NCBI GenBank assembly: GCA_010015805.1
Contig: ML978125.1
Location: 1,240,001 to 1,304,000, forward strand
Length of the DNA: 64,000 bases
Direction of reading: 5' to 3'
Source: Rhizodiscina lignyota
Taxonomy: Eukaryota
The notes beneath the pieces were generated by a model. It was not told the origin of the DNA. It saw nothing but the letters and a program-made list of their open reading frames with translations, and did not search any database. A program made the position numbers and the translations under genes. Positions 11,178 to 23,078 of this stretch are shown here, in pieces. Position 1 is the first letter of the stretch, and each line of letters begins with the position of its first letter.

Positions 11178-14100
11178 TTCTACCCGTTTCTTTCTCCCGG
11201 TATGGTTTACGGAGTAGCATGAAGTTCGCTTTCCCTGGCTTGATACCATTTGGCTCTATGGGTGCTACGATCGAATTACACAGTGCAAGGCATGAAGGGT
11301 TGATGCGATATGCATCTCGAGGAGTTCTGGTCCTAGGTACTAGTGAGAGATTCATGTGTCTTTAATGAAAAGCAAATGAAAATATTCCGGTATCTGTAAC
11401 TGCTGTGTACACTGGCACAAGGAAAGTGATGATTTCCAGATCTCTGCTGCACACCTCAAAGCTACTATTACCGTTGAAGAGGTTGAGGGGGACTGGCATG
11501 GTGACACGAAAGTAACGCGCGAAGTCTTGGCGCGACCACGATCTCTGACAAACTTCCAACCTCCTCCGAACTTCCCTCAACAGCCCGACCTCGTACAACT
11601 TGCAGTCGCTGCGAACGCTGCGCCTCTACCCGCAAACATCCTTGTCCAAACATCATTAATTTTCAGTTACCTAAGTCTGTGCTCCCTATCCGTCAGTTTG
11701 ACAGGTTGCACTGGGCCCGCCTCGTCGTTTGGGCTGCCTCGAGGGCAGGCTGAAGAAAGCGTCGCGGCGTCATCCAAGTTACCCTTCCGCGCTCCTCTCA
11801 TAGGAGCACATCCTTCTCGTTTTGACTATGACCTGGCACTTCTCAGACTCGTCACCGCCTATTAAAGTTTTTATCTTCTTTCAATTTCAAATTCGTCTTT
11901 CCAGCTATTGATCTGATCCCCCGGCTGGTGCTATCCTGGACGCCCTCGAGGACTTACCCCTGTAGGCTCAGGACGCCGGTTGAACATGCCTTGCCGAATG
12001 GCAATCAATTTCCCTCCCTGCGGGCACGCAATCGCTTCCAGGGACCTTGGGTCGCACAGAGGCGGCTATCTCGCGTGGGCAGCTGTGGTTCGGAAGTTTT
12101 CAGGAGCCGACATATTGTACAAGTATGTGAAGAGGTGTTGTTTAAGCGATGGAGTACACACTCCAGAGCCGTGACAAGATCTACTGACAGGCGCTCTCCC
12201 TAATCCATGTCCACCAATAAAATATATCTTCTATTGCGGTCTGAGTAATCCGCAGTAATCCGCAGCGCATTGTGTAATTCGCCTAATGCTAACACCATGA
12301 ACATTAATGCCAGCAATTTTGACCAGGTTTTGAGATTATCATGCAATATGGACCCAGCGAACTTTGTACTGGAAGAACTGCGAGTCAGCTGGACCTTGGA
12401 ACGTTTTTCGTCGTACAATAGCCCAAGAGTACTTGGGGCCTAGAGTTTCCTGTAGTCGCACTGTTAGTGAGGAAGCAGAATCGGGGATCATCCACACGCA
12501 GTACCAAACCCTATCGTTAAAACCTGTCGAGAGTTGCTGCCCGAAAGTCTCAACCTCGGCTCACACAGCGACGCTCACATGACGTACAGATTTTTTGACA
12601 CAAATTATTTTTCTGGATGCTTCTGGAGCTTCTGGAAGCGATCGGAAGCGCCCATGAGCAAGTCTCGGGCGCCAACATCCTACTCCCCCAGAGAGTGGAC
12701 ACAAGAGACCGGCGGTCAAGAAAAGACGTTTTGGGTGACCTCAGACGTTCTTCGGTCGTGTGTATGTCAAAGCGGTGAGGCAAGCCACCTACATATTGAA
12801 TGCAGTCTCTACCTGTCCGTTCGAGCTACTGAGAAACATGCAGGTACACTAGTCGCGCTTGACGATGCCTAGAACGTGCGAACATATGTCGGTCCGTGCA
12901 TTTTCCAGTCCGTCGTTCCATGCCATAGGTCGTGACAGCTATATCATCTTTCCTGGGGCATCAGCATGCTGTGAGCCTCAGGGACTGGGATTCTGTTACC
13001 GAAGAGGGAGCTTATACAGCATCTCTCGAGTCTGCGTGGGTTGCGAGCAGCAAGATATCGTTCTGTCTGACGAGACACTGCGAATCAAACGGGCCAGTTA
13101 CGGTTAATCCTTTCGCTCATGCACGTGTCCGTCAGCCAATCCTCTAACGGGAAGCCTCCTTAACCCAATCCCAAATCGGCTCAGATTTGACAGATAGCCA
13201 CTTGTTTCACGGCAGACTGCAGACTTAGAGTGTTGGAAGTCTACACCGACGAGCCGTGGAGTTAGTTGGGGGAAAGGATTGCGAAAAGCAAATTCAAGCT
13301 GTTCTCGGCGGGCAAGTCCAGAGTATTCTGGCTTGCTTACGAGATCGGTAAGTTTGTAGCGACCTGACGAGCACACGACGTCAAACCAGATCAGCCACAC
13401 CAGCCTCACGTTTCCTCTACTCCGCGCCCTGCAAGTCATCGCTGGGATTGGCGTTGGCTTGCCAGGCTGCAGCCGTCAAACCAAGGAATTTCGTGATTGG
13501 CGGCTGCTCGCGATTTCCCGCAGTACTGGTGCTTAGCCGGGCACCGACTTGGCATCAAAAGTTCTGTGCGCTTTGTTGAGGGGGAAGCTTTGAATATGTC
13601 TCGTAGAATGGGTGTGTGGAGCCCAGAGTCAGGCTGCTGGTCTTCGCGCCATGCGACCGGAACCTATGGAGCAACAGGATCGATCTGAGCCCTCGGTGCC
13701 CCATGACCGACGCTCGATGTTCCCATAAAGTAGTGCGGCTCTGGTTACGGCCGCTTTCGCAGCAAAGCGTAGTACCTGAACTTGCACTTTCGTCAAGCAC
13801 TCTACAGCGTCCGTTTTGCGGTTGCTCATAGGACTCCAATTGTTCTTTTCGACAACCTTTGTTTCTCAGAAACCCCCCGGACCGTATACCGACGGGCGGC
13901 ATTGCCATAGCAAATTCTTTACCATTTATAAGTTAACTGGCACGTACCTCGTCCGTGACAACGGATTCTTCATTGACATACCGAGACGAGCCGACCGAGC
14001 TTCACCTACTCGCACCCAATCAACAATTTACTGACGTGGTTCCCGTTGTTGGAAGCGTGCCGGTTGGTTTGTCCTTTTGATTTATTCTACTTGCTTCTCC

Positions 14101-14491
14101 TGTCCCGAGCGACCTTGTTGGCCTCTGCACGGCCACCGCCAACAGTACATCACACTGACAGCACTAGTCTCCAACCCACACATACCCAAAGGCCTTTGAG
14201 CCGGCGTTTCACGCTACTGCGACGACAAAGGACCAAACGGAGAGAAACAGCAAGCCAAAGCAGCCGGCGAACGCGCACCTCTGAGATCCCGGCTATTGCA
14301 TCTGCAGGAAACGGATCTGGCCCACCACTTCCGTCGACAAGCCAGCTAGTTGATCGAAAAGGCCTCTGAGATTTTCGAACGACGCGTTACTCTGGCTTTG
14401 AATCGAGCAGAACAGTTTGTTCGCTCGGTAACGTGACTGAGGTGTGATAAAAGCAAAGGCAGTCCTCGTCATCTGCCTCTCGGCAACAGTG

Positions 14492-14547
14492 GTATGAGTT
14501 CATCCTCTAATTGAATATCATCCTAGTTGCTCACCGACCTTCTGCAG
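14492..14547 (+). other. Putative 5'-UTR intron of the APSES transcription factor gene
   Basis: GTATGA donor, GCTCAC branch and TGCAG acceptor, 56 nt long, about 190 nt upstream of the ATG at 14740. Confidence 0.45.
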
Positions 14548-14739
14548 CACCTGCCTTGCTCGCACGAGCCAGGGCAAATACACTGCCATTCCCTCCTTTC
14601 AACTATCCCTCCCTCGCCGTACAACCGTCAACATTGTTGTTTACTTATTACCTCTGATATTGTTTACACCATCAAGGATTCAGCTCAGCAAAAGCTTATT
14701 GCACTACCGTCAACGACGGCACCTTAGAGCGCGAGCAAG

Positions 14740-16437
14740 ATGATGAAGATTCAGTCCATGCTGAATCCGACCGATTCGGCTCCATACCTGTCGCGCGAAT
14801 CAACACCAGTTCAAAGTCCAGCAAGCTCCTGTCGTGCATTCTCCCCTCCCAGGTCGACGCCGAAGCCAGACAAAGTACAGAAGGACGGATTCGTCAATAC
14901 AACTGGCAACCCTAAAGGAGCAGTACGATACACACCGTTTGAGGTGCGTCGTGATCCAGAAATCGGACCTGTTCTTGATAAATACCATGTCGTACCCGAT
15001 CAGAATATGGGAAGGTTTAAGGACTACCCACGATATATACCATACACCAGCTCAAAGAAGGATTTCCAGAATAAGACTGGACGAAAGGGATTCGATGGTG
15101 AGGTTCTGCCATCATACCACTAGCCTCGCAAAGCTAACATTTCCATTCAGTCTTTCAGTATGAGTTTATTGTTCGAGACAGAGGCAATCCTTCGAAGACC
15201 AAGAAGCACCTTGTCCTCTGGGACTATCAAGTTGGACTAGTCAGAATCACTCCGTTCTTTAAAGCCTTGAATTACTCCAAGGTTCGTACTCAAGCTTCGC
15301 ATGACATTCAAACACAAACCTGATTGCGACAGACAACACCAAACAAGGTCCTCCAACTCAATGAGGGATTGGATGGTCTCACTGTTTCTATTACTGGCGG
15401 CTCACTTGCTGCTCAAGGTATACACACTGTGCTCTTCGGCTGAAAACATACTAAGATTGTTCTCAGGCTACTGGATGCCATTCGATTGTGCGAAGGCGGT
15501 GATGGCCACATTCTGCTATGACATTCGCCATCTACTGACCCCGATGTTTGGCAAAGACTTTATGGAGATCTGTCTCCTACCAACGGACAACGCCTTTGGA
15601 ACCTTCAAGATCGATCCAGCTATAGTACGCGCTTGTACAGAAGACATGCGCACCTGGCGTACGCTCTATGCACATGATGCTCCGCGCAGTGCCCCTGGTA
15701 GCCCTCAGTCTCCATCAGATGCCTACACCCCAACGTCTGCCCCAAGTACTCCACTGCTACACAAGTCGCTGCGGCCTCGAGCCACCAAACGCAAACACAA
15801 TCCTTTTTCGGGAGAGACTGAGAGCGGCTACGGCACAGACCCGGATCGCGATTTTGCTTCCAGCAGTACTTACACATCGCCTCAAGTGTCGCCGAAAACT
15901 GTCTTCGTTAAATCCGAGTGGACAAGCATCAACCGCGTCGACAGAGCCAAACGCGTCGACTCGCCTATGACTGGTCTTTTAGTGGACCCTACCCCACCCG
16001 TCCCCAGTCCTAAGAAGATTGACCGCACCAAGAGAGCTATCGATATTGAAGAGTTTATGGGCGAGACAGAGGGCTCGGATGACGACCTACGACGTCTCCC
16101 GCCGGCAAGGCTGATTCGATCCGCTGCGAAAAAGGAGAAGTCGAGCAAGCTCAGGGCGAAGGAATGGCAAGCAGCAAACATACTCCTGGGTATGGCTACA
16201 ACGGACCAATGTCTTACAAGCCCTAGCCAGACCTCTGCCGCTTCTCCTTCTGTCACGATGGACGCGACTCCAGCCACGGAAGTTTGTGATCCGATGGAAT
16301 GGACGGCAGTAGAGCTGCCCGTGCGAGCAAAAAATCTGAAGGACGAGAGCACGCGCTCAAATAAGCGCACCGCTGCAGAGGCTTTGCTGTCTCATGAGCC
16401 TTTCAGGAAGAGATCTTTCCGTCGCAGCTCGCTTTGA
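14740..16437 (+). CDS. APSES (KilA-N) transcription factor, Xbp1-like
   Basis: Introns 15098-15150, 15282-15332 and 15418-15466. The spliced product contains [50 protein letters not shown], typical of fungal Xbp1-type APSES domains. Confidence 0.9.
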
Positions 16438-17821
16438 AAGAAAAGTTATCGATCTTCCGATTGTATCGCGGGCAGAATCGGGCAACGCATTGCATGGAAC
16501 GGGTGAGGAACAGGCTGCATCATTGAGCCTCAGGTTTTCATTTTGCATTCTACTTCTTACTATCTTTAATCCGATTCATGGTGGGAATATTGATTGCATT
16601 TACAGGTTGGGGCATTGCGAAGGGGTCTGGGTCGGTTTGTTCCACGATTTCGGTATTTTACGTAATCCCTGTAACCAGATTCTAAAAGGGTGAGATACGA
16701 TGTATCTACCTACATTCCATTGTTGACATCACAACGTGCCGTGACATCGTATCTCACACAAATGAGTTCGTCTCACATTCAAGATGAGCAAACATCTCTT
16801 TTCGGCACAGGATACAAGCTCCACTTACTGAAGTATGCGTGATGCACTAGCCTGATGAATTAAATTGCTTCCTCATGAATATTCTCTTCATATATTGAAG
16901 ATCTTCATGAAGTTGCACTGGGTGTGTTTCATTTGCACTTCGTCAAGAGATAGTACCTCACAGATTGGTTGGTGAGAGGGTATTGTTAAATTGTCGGCGA
17001 ATCTGAGTCTATTTAAGGTTTAGTATCCTTGCTGACCCCGCATTCCCATCCAAGTCTCCTTTTTTCATCCGACATTATACGTTTGCTACCGTTCAACATC
17101 TTCAACATGGACTCACTTCAGGCGTATCGCATTTCCAACTGTACCAGCTAACTCACAACTCTTTTTGTTCTCCCCTTGTGCATGCTTTTGATACAAGCAG
17201 TGAGGGGCTCTTGATTACTGTTCCGCACGATTATGTACTCCGCATGGAGTAACATTATTCAGTGGTCTGTTTCGGCCGGTCTCCCAGGTCCTGGCTATCA
17301 CAGCAACTACATCGCACTATCTTCATATCTTTCATACAAGTCACAGTATAGACAGCTTGGAAATGGCTCTACTCCATAAAAAGCCCGAAGGCGGTGGCAG
17401 AAAGAGCGCTCCATGGACAGTTGTTTCCACGTTGAGGGCTGACGCTGTCTATCAGAGCGCTTGCTAATGCTTCTGGTTTCCCAATCTCCAAAATACCTAT
17501 TTCCAACCCGTAGAACGAAGTAATGGAAGAGCAGAGAGGTGAGTATCACAATAGTGTGATGCCGCAGCGGCGTTTTTGGACATGCTGGCGCTGGACGTGT
17601 TGCTTACAACAATTCGAGGGTGTATTGCGCATTGCCGTTTTCAACCACCTTCAATATGGCGACCTGCGCTTGATAGGATTTCGTGCACAGTAGGTATTTA
17701 ATTCTTGTCGAAGCCATTTAGTCTCAACGCAAATCTCGATCAATCTATAAACAGTGCCAGCAAATATTTCCGTTGCAGCAACTTCCCGCAGTATTCTTCC
17801 AGAACAGTGAGTTCGAGCGCA

Positions 17822-18935
17822 ATGAAAGCCATCAAGATTCAGGAAGGACATAAGGCTAGCATTGAGGAAGTTCCCATCCCGAGGTTGAGGCCGTCGTATC
17901 TTCTCATCAAAACATATGCCGTTGGATGCAATCCTATCGACTACAAGCTAATCGACTTCTTGGGAATGCCCGAAAGGACCGTCGGATGTGATGTCGCTGG
18001 AATGGTTCAAGAAGTTGGGAGCAAAGTCACTGTCCCATTCAAGAAGGGTGATCGTGTTGCGGGCATGGTGCATGGCGCCAACAACGAAGAGCCTGAAGAT
18101 GGAGCTTTCGCGGAGTACGCTGTTCTAAAGGGAGATATCGCGCTAAAGATTCCGGACTGGATGAGCTTCGAAGACGCCGCAACGCTTGGAGTTGGCGTCC
18201 ATACTGCAGGGCAAGGCTTATATCAACAACTTGGGCTCCCTTGGTCTGATGGGCCATCGCAAGAGAAGTGGCCGATCCTCATTTACGGGGCCAGCAGCGG
18301 TATAAGCCTCTACGCTATGAAGTTCGCAAGATTGTAAGTAGCTTCTGCGGATACATGGGAGCTGGATCTCGAAAGCTGACACGGCATGAAACAGATCTGG
18401 ACTTGAGATCTATGCAACTTCATCTCCGCGTAACTTCGATCTGCTAAGAGCGCTCGGTGCAGTGAACGTGTACGACTATAATTCACCAACCTGCGGGGCC
18501 GATATCCGCCGTGATACAAACAATCAACTTTTCCATGTCTTCGATTGCATCTCCGCTGGCTCTTCGCTCGAGGTATGCTGTGAAGCACTCTCATCAGACT
18601 CGAGATCCCCGTTCGGCGAGCAGCCAATTCATCATACGCTCGTGGCAGTAGAGAAACTGCCGCGGCCGGACGTCAAAATGACATATGCGCTTGCTTATAC
18701 GGCCACGGGAGAAACATTCACTTTCAAGGGCGGGTTCCAGTTCCCCGGCAGCTCGGCGGACTTCGAATTCGCGAAGAAGTGGGCCCAGTTTGTCTCACAA
18801 CTGCTTAAGGGGAAGACGTTGGAGCCGGTCAAGCCTGTGGTGCAGCATCGTGGATTGGAAGGAGTCCTCGATGGTATCGATCTGTACAGGAAGGGAAAGG
18901 TCAGCGGTCAGAAGCTTGCATACAAGATTGCATGA
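17822..18935 (+). CDS. MDR-family oxidoreductase (trans-enoyl reductase / ToxD-like)
   Basis: Intron 18334-18394. Motifs NPIDYK, VGCDVAG, GAFAEY, ILIYGASS, SPRNFDLLRALGA and GKVSGQKL. Confidence 0.9.
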
Positions 18936-19053
18936 GCATGATTTGTCATTGCCAGGTTGCATAGCCTGAAAGGATGCTAATGTACGAAGTACTGGGTACA
19001 TTACAGCCAAGGAGTGAGTAATAATCACGATATATAATCGTCCCGCACTACAA

Positions 19054-19952
19054 TCACTCCATATACCCAGCACCTGGCGCTTTATACCAATTCTCCACAT
19101 CCGCTTTCAGCCACTCGCTCGTCGTCTTCTGAATCATGACCCTCATCTCCTTCGTATCCGGATCCTTCGTGTTTTCATCGCTTGCGAAGAATGGTGCAGG
19201 GACATCTAACCCCCTCTGAACAGCTTCTCTCGCGGTGATTCGATCTCGCCAAGCTTTCACGGTCGGATATTCGTCGATGGTGATCCCACAGTACCATGCG
19301 GCAATGACCCAAGTAAAGCAAGCAATGTCAGCGATCGTGCATTTGTCGCCCACAAGATACGGAGTCCCCTTGTCTTTGAGATGCGCTTCCATAACCGAGA
19401 AGTGCATTCGGCTCTGGGCGACATAGCGCCGGATACCATACAGGTCTTCCTCGTACGCGTAGCGGAGAAAGTGAACTGACTGCCCGAGCATTGGTCCAAG
19501 GCCGGAGACTTGCCAGGATAGCTGCTTATGGTGAGTACGGCCCGTTTGGATCACAGTGAACATACCCAAGAGACGGTGCTGTAATATTCTTGCGTATCGC
19601 GAGGATACGACAAGCGGTGCTCCGGGTCGAATTGATCTGCCAAATATTGCAGGCAAGCGCCAGACTCCCACACTACGATTTCCTTTCCGTTGCTCCGCTT
19701 ATGCGAAAGTGCCGGGAGCTTGCCGTTGGCATTGATGTTCTTGGTGAACCACTCAGATTTGTGCTCTCCCTTCTGTACGTCGATAATTTTTGTCGTATAC
19801 GGAATGCTGTTCAACATTCAGCATGAGACATATCTTTACTAACAACGAAAACTCATGTACCCTAGCTCTTCCGCTACCATGGTTAGCTTGTACGGATTGA
19901 CAAGAGGAGCAATGTATAATGTCAGCTCCGTCGTCGAGTCGCCCGACGCCAT
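19054..19952 (-). CDS. Glutathione S-transferase, Ure2/Nu-like class
   Basis: Exons 19952-19861, 19806-19566, 19521-19054. Motifs NPYK, INANGKLPAL, WESGACLQYL, WQVSGLGPMLGQ and YLVGDKCTIADIA. Confidence 0.9.
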
Positions 19953-20620
19953 TGCGAAAGACTTGAAGATGATCACAAGAAATTTGATAACGTTTTGAAT
20001 GGAGACGATGGTGAAGAGTTAGAGAAACTGTCATTTTGTGAAATGAAAAGGGTCCTTTCCGATAGGAGCTTCTGCTTAGCTTTTCCTGTCAACTCGGAGA
20101 GATTCTGAAGCCCGAGGCCGCCACCTCATTGGAGCACCTCGAAAGGCTTGCGAAGAATGTCACGAGCATGCTAGATTTAAGAGCTCTTAGGGAAAATTGT
20201 ATCGCTGAAGGGAAATTGTCTTCGGTGTGCGAGGGCTAGTCTATGCCCTCATCGCTGCTCAACACCGACGTTTCTCGATTCTAGACTACTCCGAGCGCGA
20301 TTTTGTTCATTGTACGAATGAAGATTGAGAAAAAGGGGCGTCGATTACCTTATATAATGAATGTCCTGAACGCCCATTTGATATCGCCGCGGAAATATGT
20401 TCGAATGCGAGGAGTCAAAGAAAAGGCGCTAATAGATTTCATTCGTTTGTTGGTTGGTCCGAGGTCGACATCCCGCTCGGATGACGTTGATCGATATCAT
20501 GAAAATCGCATTGACGAAGCGCATCATGCAAATGCTATTTCTATCAAGTCGACCAAATTTTCATGCCTCTTTCCGGAATTGGTAGAAACCATATAGACGA
20601 ACCCTGGTTTCGTACTGAGC

Positions 20621-21253
20621 ATGGCCCTCACTCTAATCTCGGCAACGCCTTCGCCCTACGCACGTAAAGTGCGGATAATGCTCGCTGAGAAGGGGGTCCA
20701 GTTTACGCTTCAAACTGAAGTGCCCTGGGACAGCACGACCAAAACAAAAGATTACAACCCACTTGAGAAACTCCCAGTTCTCATACCGGACAAGGGTCAG
20801 CCAGTCTTCGAATCGCACTTCATTCTCGAGTGGATCGAGGCACATTACCCGGAACCGCGTCTGTATCCACCAACGAAGGAGAAGGAGCTATTCGCGAAGC
20901 AGATCCAGGTCATTGCAGATGGTATGTGCGATGCTGGGGTGCTGCTATTTTTTGAGAAGCAGCGTGAGCAGCCTTCATACGAGTGGCAAGCAAGGCAGCG
21001 GCGAAAGCTGGAGGGCGGGATGAAGGCGCTAAGTGGATATGTCGGTGACAACGAGTTCATTGTGGATAATACTTTTGGGCTTGCTGATATTGCTGCTGGC
21101 TCCGCTCTTGGATGGGTCAAGGTCAGAATGCCGGAATACGACTGGCAGGGCGAGTATCCGAATCTAAAGCGGTATAGCGCTGGGCTGGAGGCGCGGAAAA
21201 GCTTCCAAGAGAGCGTGCCATATCCACAAAAGATATCGGACAAGATCGTATAG
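20621..21253 (+). CDS. Glutathione S-transferase, intronless, bacterial-like N-terminus
   Basis: 210 aa with SATPSPYARKVRI, NPLEKLPVL, FESHFILEW and FGLADIA. Confidence 0.9.
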   Translation: MALTLISATPSPYARKVRIMLAEKGVQFTLQTEVPWDSTTKTKDYNPLEKLPVLIPDKGQPVFESHFILEWIEAHYPEPRLYPPTKEKELFAKQIQVIADGMCDAGVLLFFEKQREQPSYEWQARQRRKLEGGMKALSGYVGDNEFIVDNTFGLADIAAGSALGWVKVRMPEYDWQGEYPNLKRYSAGLEARKSFQESVPYPQKISDKIV

Positions 21254-21494
21254 ACTCTGGAGAGAATAGAGGAAATGAGAGTCGCATTTGCCTATTTTGA
21301 CTGTTCTGGAGTTTTGGTCATAATAAGATCATGGTTCAGAACCCTGAGTCTCGATGCATCGTGCATCATGCAAGAGCTCGTTACGTCGAGTTGATCTTCA
21401 GCTGAAGTGTAACTTCGAACCCTTACTTCGGAGCCCGTTGTAGAGTTGTACTGTGTTTCGAATCATTTTCACAGGGGCCATTCGCAAGCTCAAC

Positions 21495-23078
21495 TTACGT
21501 GCCCCCGACTCTCTTCAACAGGGCCTCCTTTGCCTTCTTCTCTTGCATCTGCGCCAGCTTACTCTTCGATTGCTTCATGGTAATGTCTTCCTCCCAAATT
21601 TCAAGCACGCTCTCCGCCTTCGTAATAGCTTGCGCCCAGCGGGAGAAATTAGGCAGACTGTCCAATTCTTTTCCAAGAGAGGCCGGAAGCAGACCGTGGC
21701 GGACGTACGCATCGGCACGAAGTATGAAAGGCGCTATAATGACCTATTCGAATAAGTTGAAACCCATATCAGCTAAAGCGGCACGCTGCATGCTCACCTC
21801 TGCCATCGTGATCTTCTCGCTTCCGCCGAAGAAAGGTTTCGCATCGCTGAGCAGCGGCTCAATCTCCTTCTTGAGCGCAGCAGCCCACTCTACACATCGT
21901 GCCTCCTTGTCTGCCTCGCTATCAGCGAGCAAGGACTTCCAGAGGAAGGGGGCCACTTTCGAGTCGTAGGTGTCGGTGAAGAAGGCGATGCGAGCGCGGC
22001 GGAGGGCACCTTCAGGCGAATTGGAGGCAGGAAGAAGGTGTGAAGGGTACAGATCAGCCAAAAACTGGGCGACAATGGCTGACTCGGTCAACGTGACCGT
22101 GTCATGGGGGGGAGTAGCCAGTGGGGAGTTGTGGAGAACCAGAGAGGGTACGAGACCGCGCTGGAGAAGAGTGAGGTCAGTGACGTCGTTGTACGGGACA
22201 TTTTCAATAATGCTGTGCAAGGAAGAGAGTGAGTGAGATGGTATTAATGATCAGATGATGGCAGATAGAATAACAAAGCATCAATTTCTAAGACTGCGGT
22301 TAAAGTGGCAAGGTTTCGGAAACTCGCTGCATCCGCTCTGAACAGGCGAGAATAAGGTATAGTGAACCTGTGACATGAGGTGGAGAGAATTTGGGATGGG
22401 AGCCACCACCACCCATCCGCCGCAATCGCGGACGATTCGCGGAAGAGGCGGGAAGGATGGCGACCGATTCGGAAACCCTGCTGCATGTACATTTTGAGGC
22501 GTCCTGCACTGCAGAATTTGGAATGCGATAATTCTGCGATGCCAGAAAGTTCCTCAGATAATAGAATACAGGCGTTCCAGAGTGAGAAATTGGTAAAAAC
22601 GGGCTCGCAGACATGCAGCAGGGGAGGAAAATTAGGTTCGGCTGCAGGAAAGACTTGCGCACAAGCGGAAAAGAGAGCTGGAAGGGACGTAGCCGCATCT
22701 GGGAAATAGAGTGGCATGACGTAGGCATAAGCTTCCAGAAGCTTTTTCTAGACTGGTAGAATCGCGCGGCAAGAGAGATTGGGGGACTGAGGGACGCGTC
22801 GCCCAATAGCTTGGCGTGCAGGTGTGGGATGAGCAGTGAGAGTATCCGAGATAAACGATGAACAGAGCCGCAAGGGATGTAGAGTGAGTGCTTACCGGGT
22901 TGACCTCAAGATACCACGGCTCTCTGGGCTTTTCGAGGTCGATGAAGACCTCGTCGCACGAGAGTCCCAACTCCTTGAGAGCAATGTGCGCGCGATGCGC
23001 ATAAGGGCAGGAGTGGTTGGTGTATAAGGTCATTTTGGGCGCATGGCCACCATTTGCTCCGTTTGCATGGCCATTCAT
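21495..23078 (-). CDS. Cys-containing (omega-like) glutathione S-transferase
   Basis: Exons 23078-22896, 22160-21798, 21743-21495. Active-site motif CPYAHR; EVNP|RGLVP is reconstituted across the 735-nt intron 1; also TESAIVAQFLAD and PFFGGSEKITMAE|VIIAPF. Confidence 0.88.
22161..22895 (-). other. Unusually long (735 nt), structured intron 1 of the omega-like GST
   Basis: GTAAGC donor at 22895, CTGAC branch and CCAG acceptor at 22161; several inverted repeats inside (see findings). Confidence 0.8.

Noticed and set aside
17822..18935. Enoyl reductase as marker of a polyketide biosynthetic cluster
   Set aside because: No PKS, NRPS or other backbone enzyme in the window.
22161..22895. TPP riboswitch, hammerhead ribozyme, snR30/U17 or telomerase RNA inside the long GST intron
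   Set aside because: Only partial look-alikes (CTGAGGA without a properly placed GAAA; CTGATC..TAATACC without the rest of the TPP core; no terminal ACA box; no CCCTAA template), so no known family is called.
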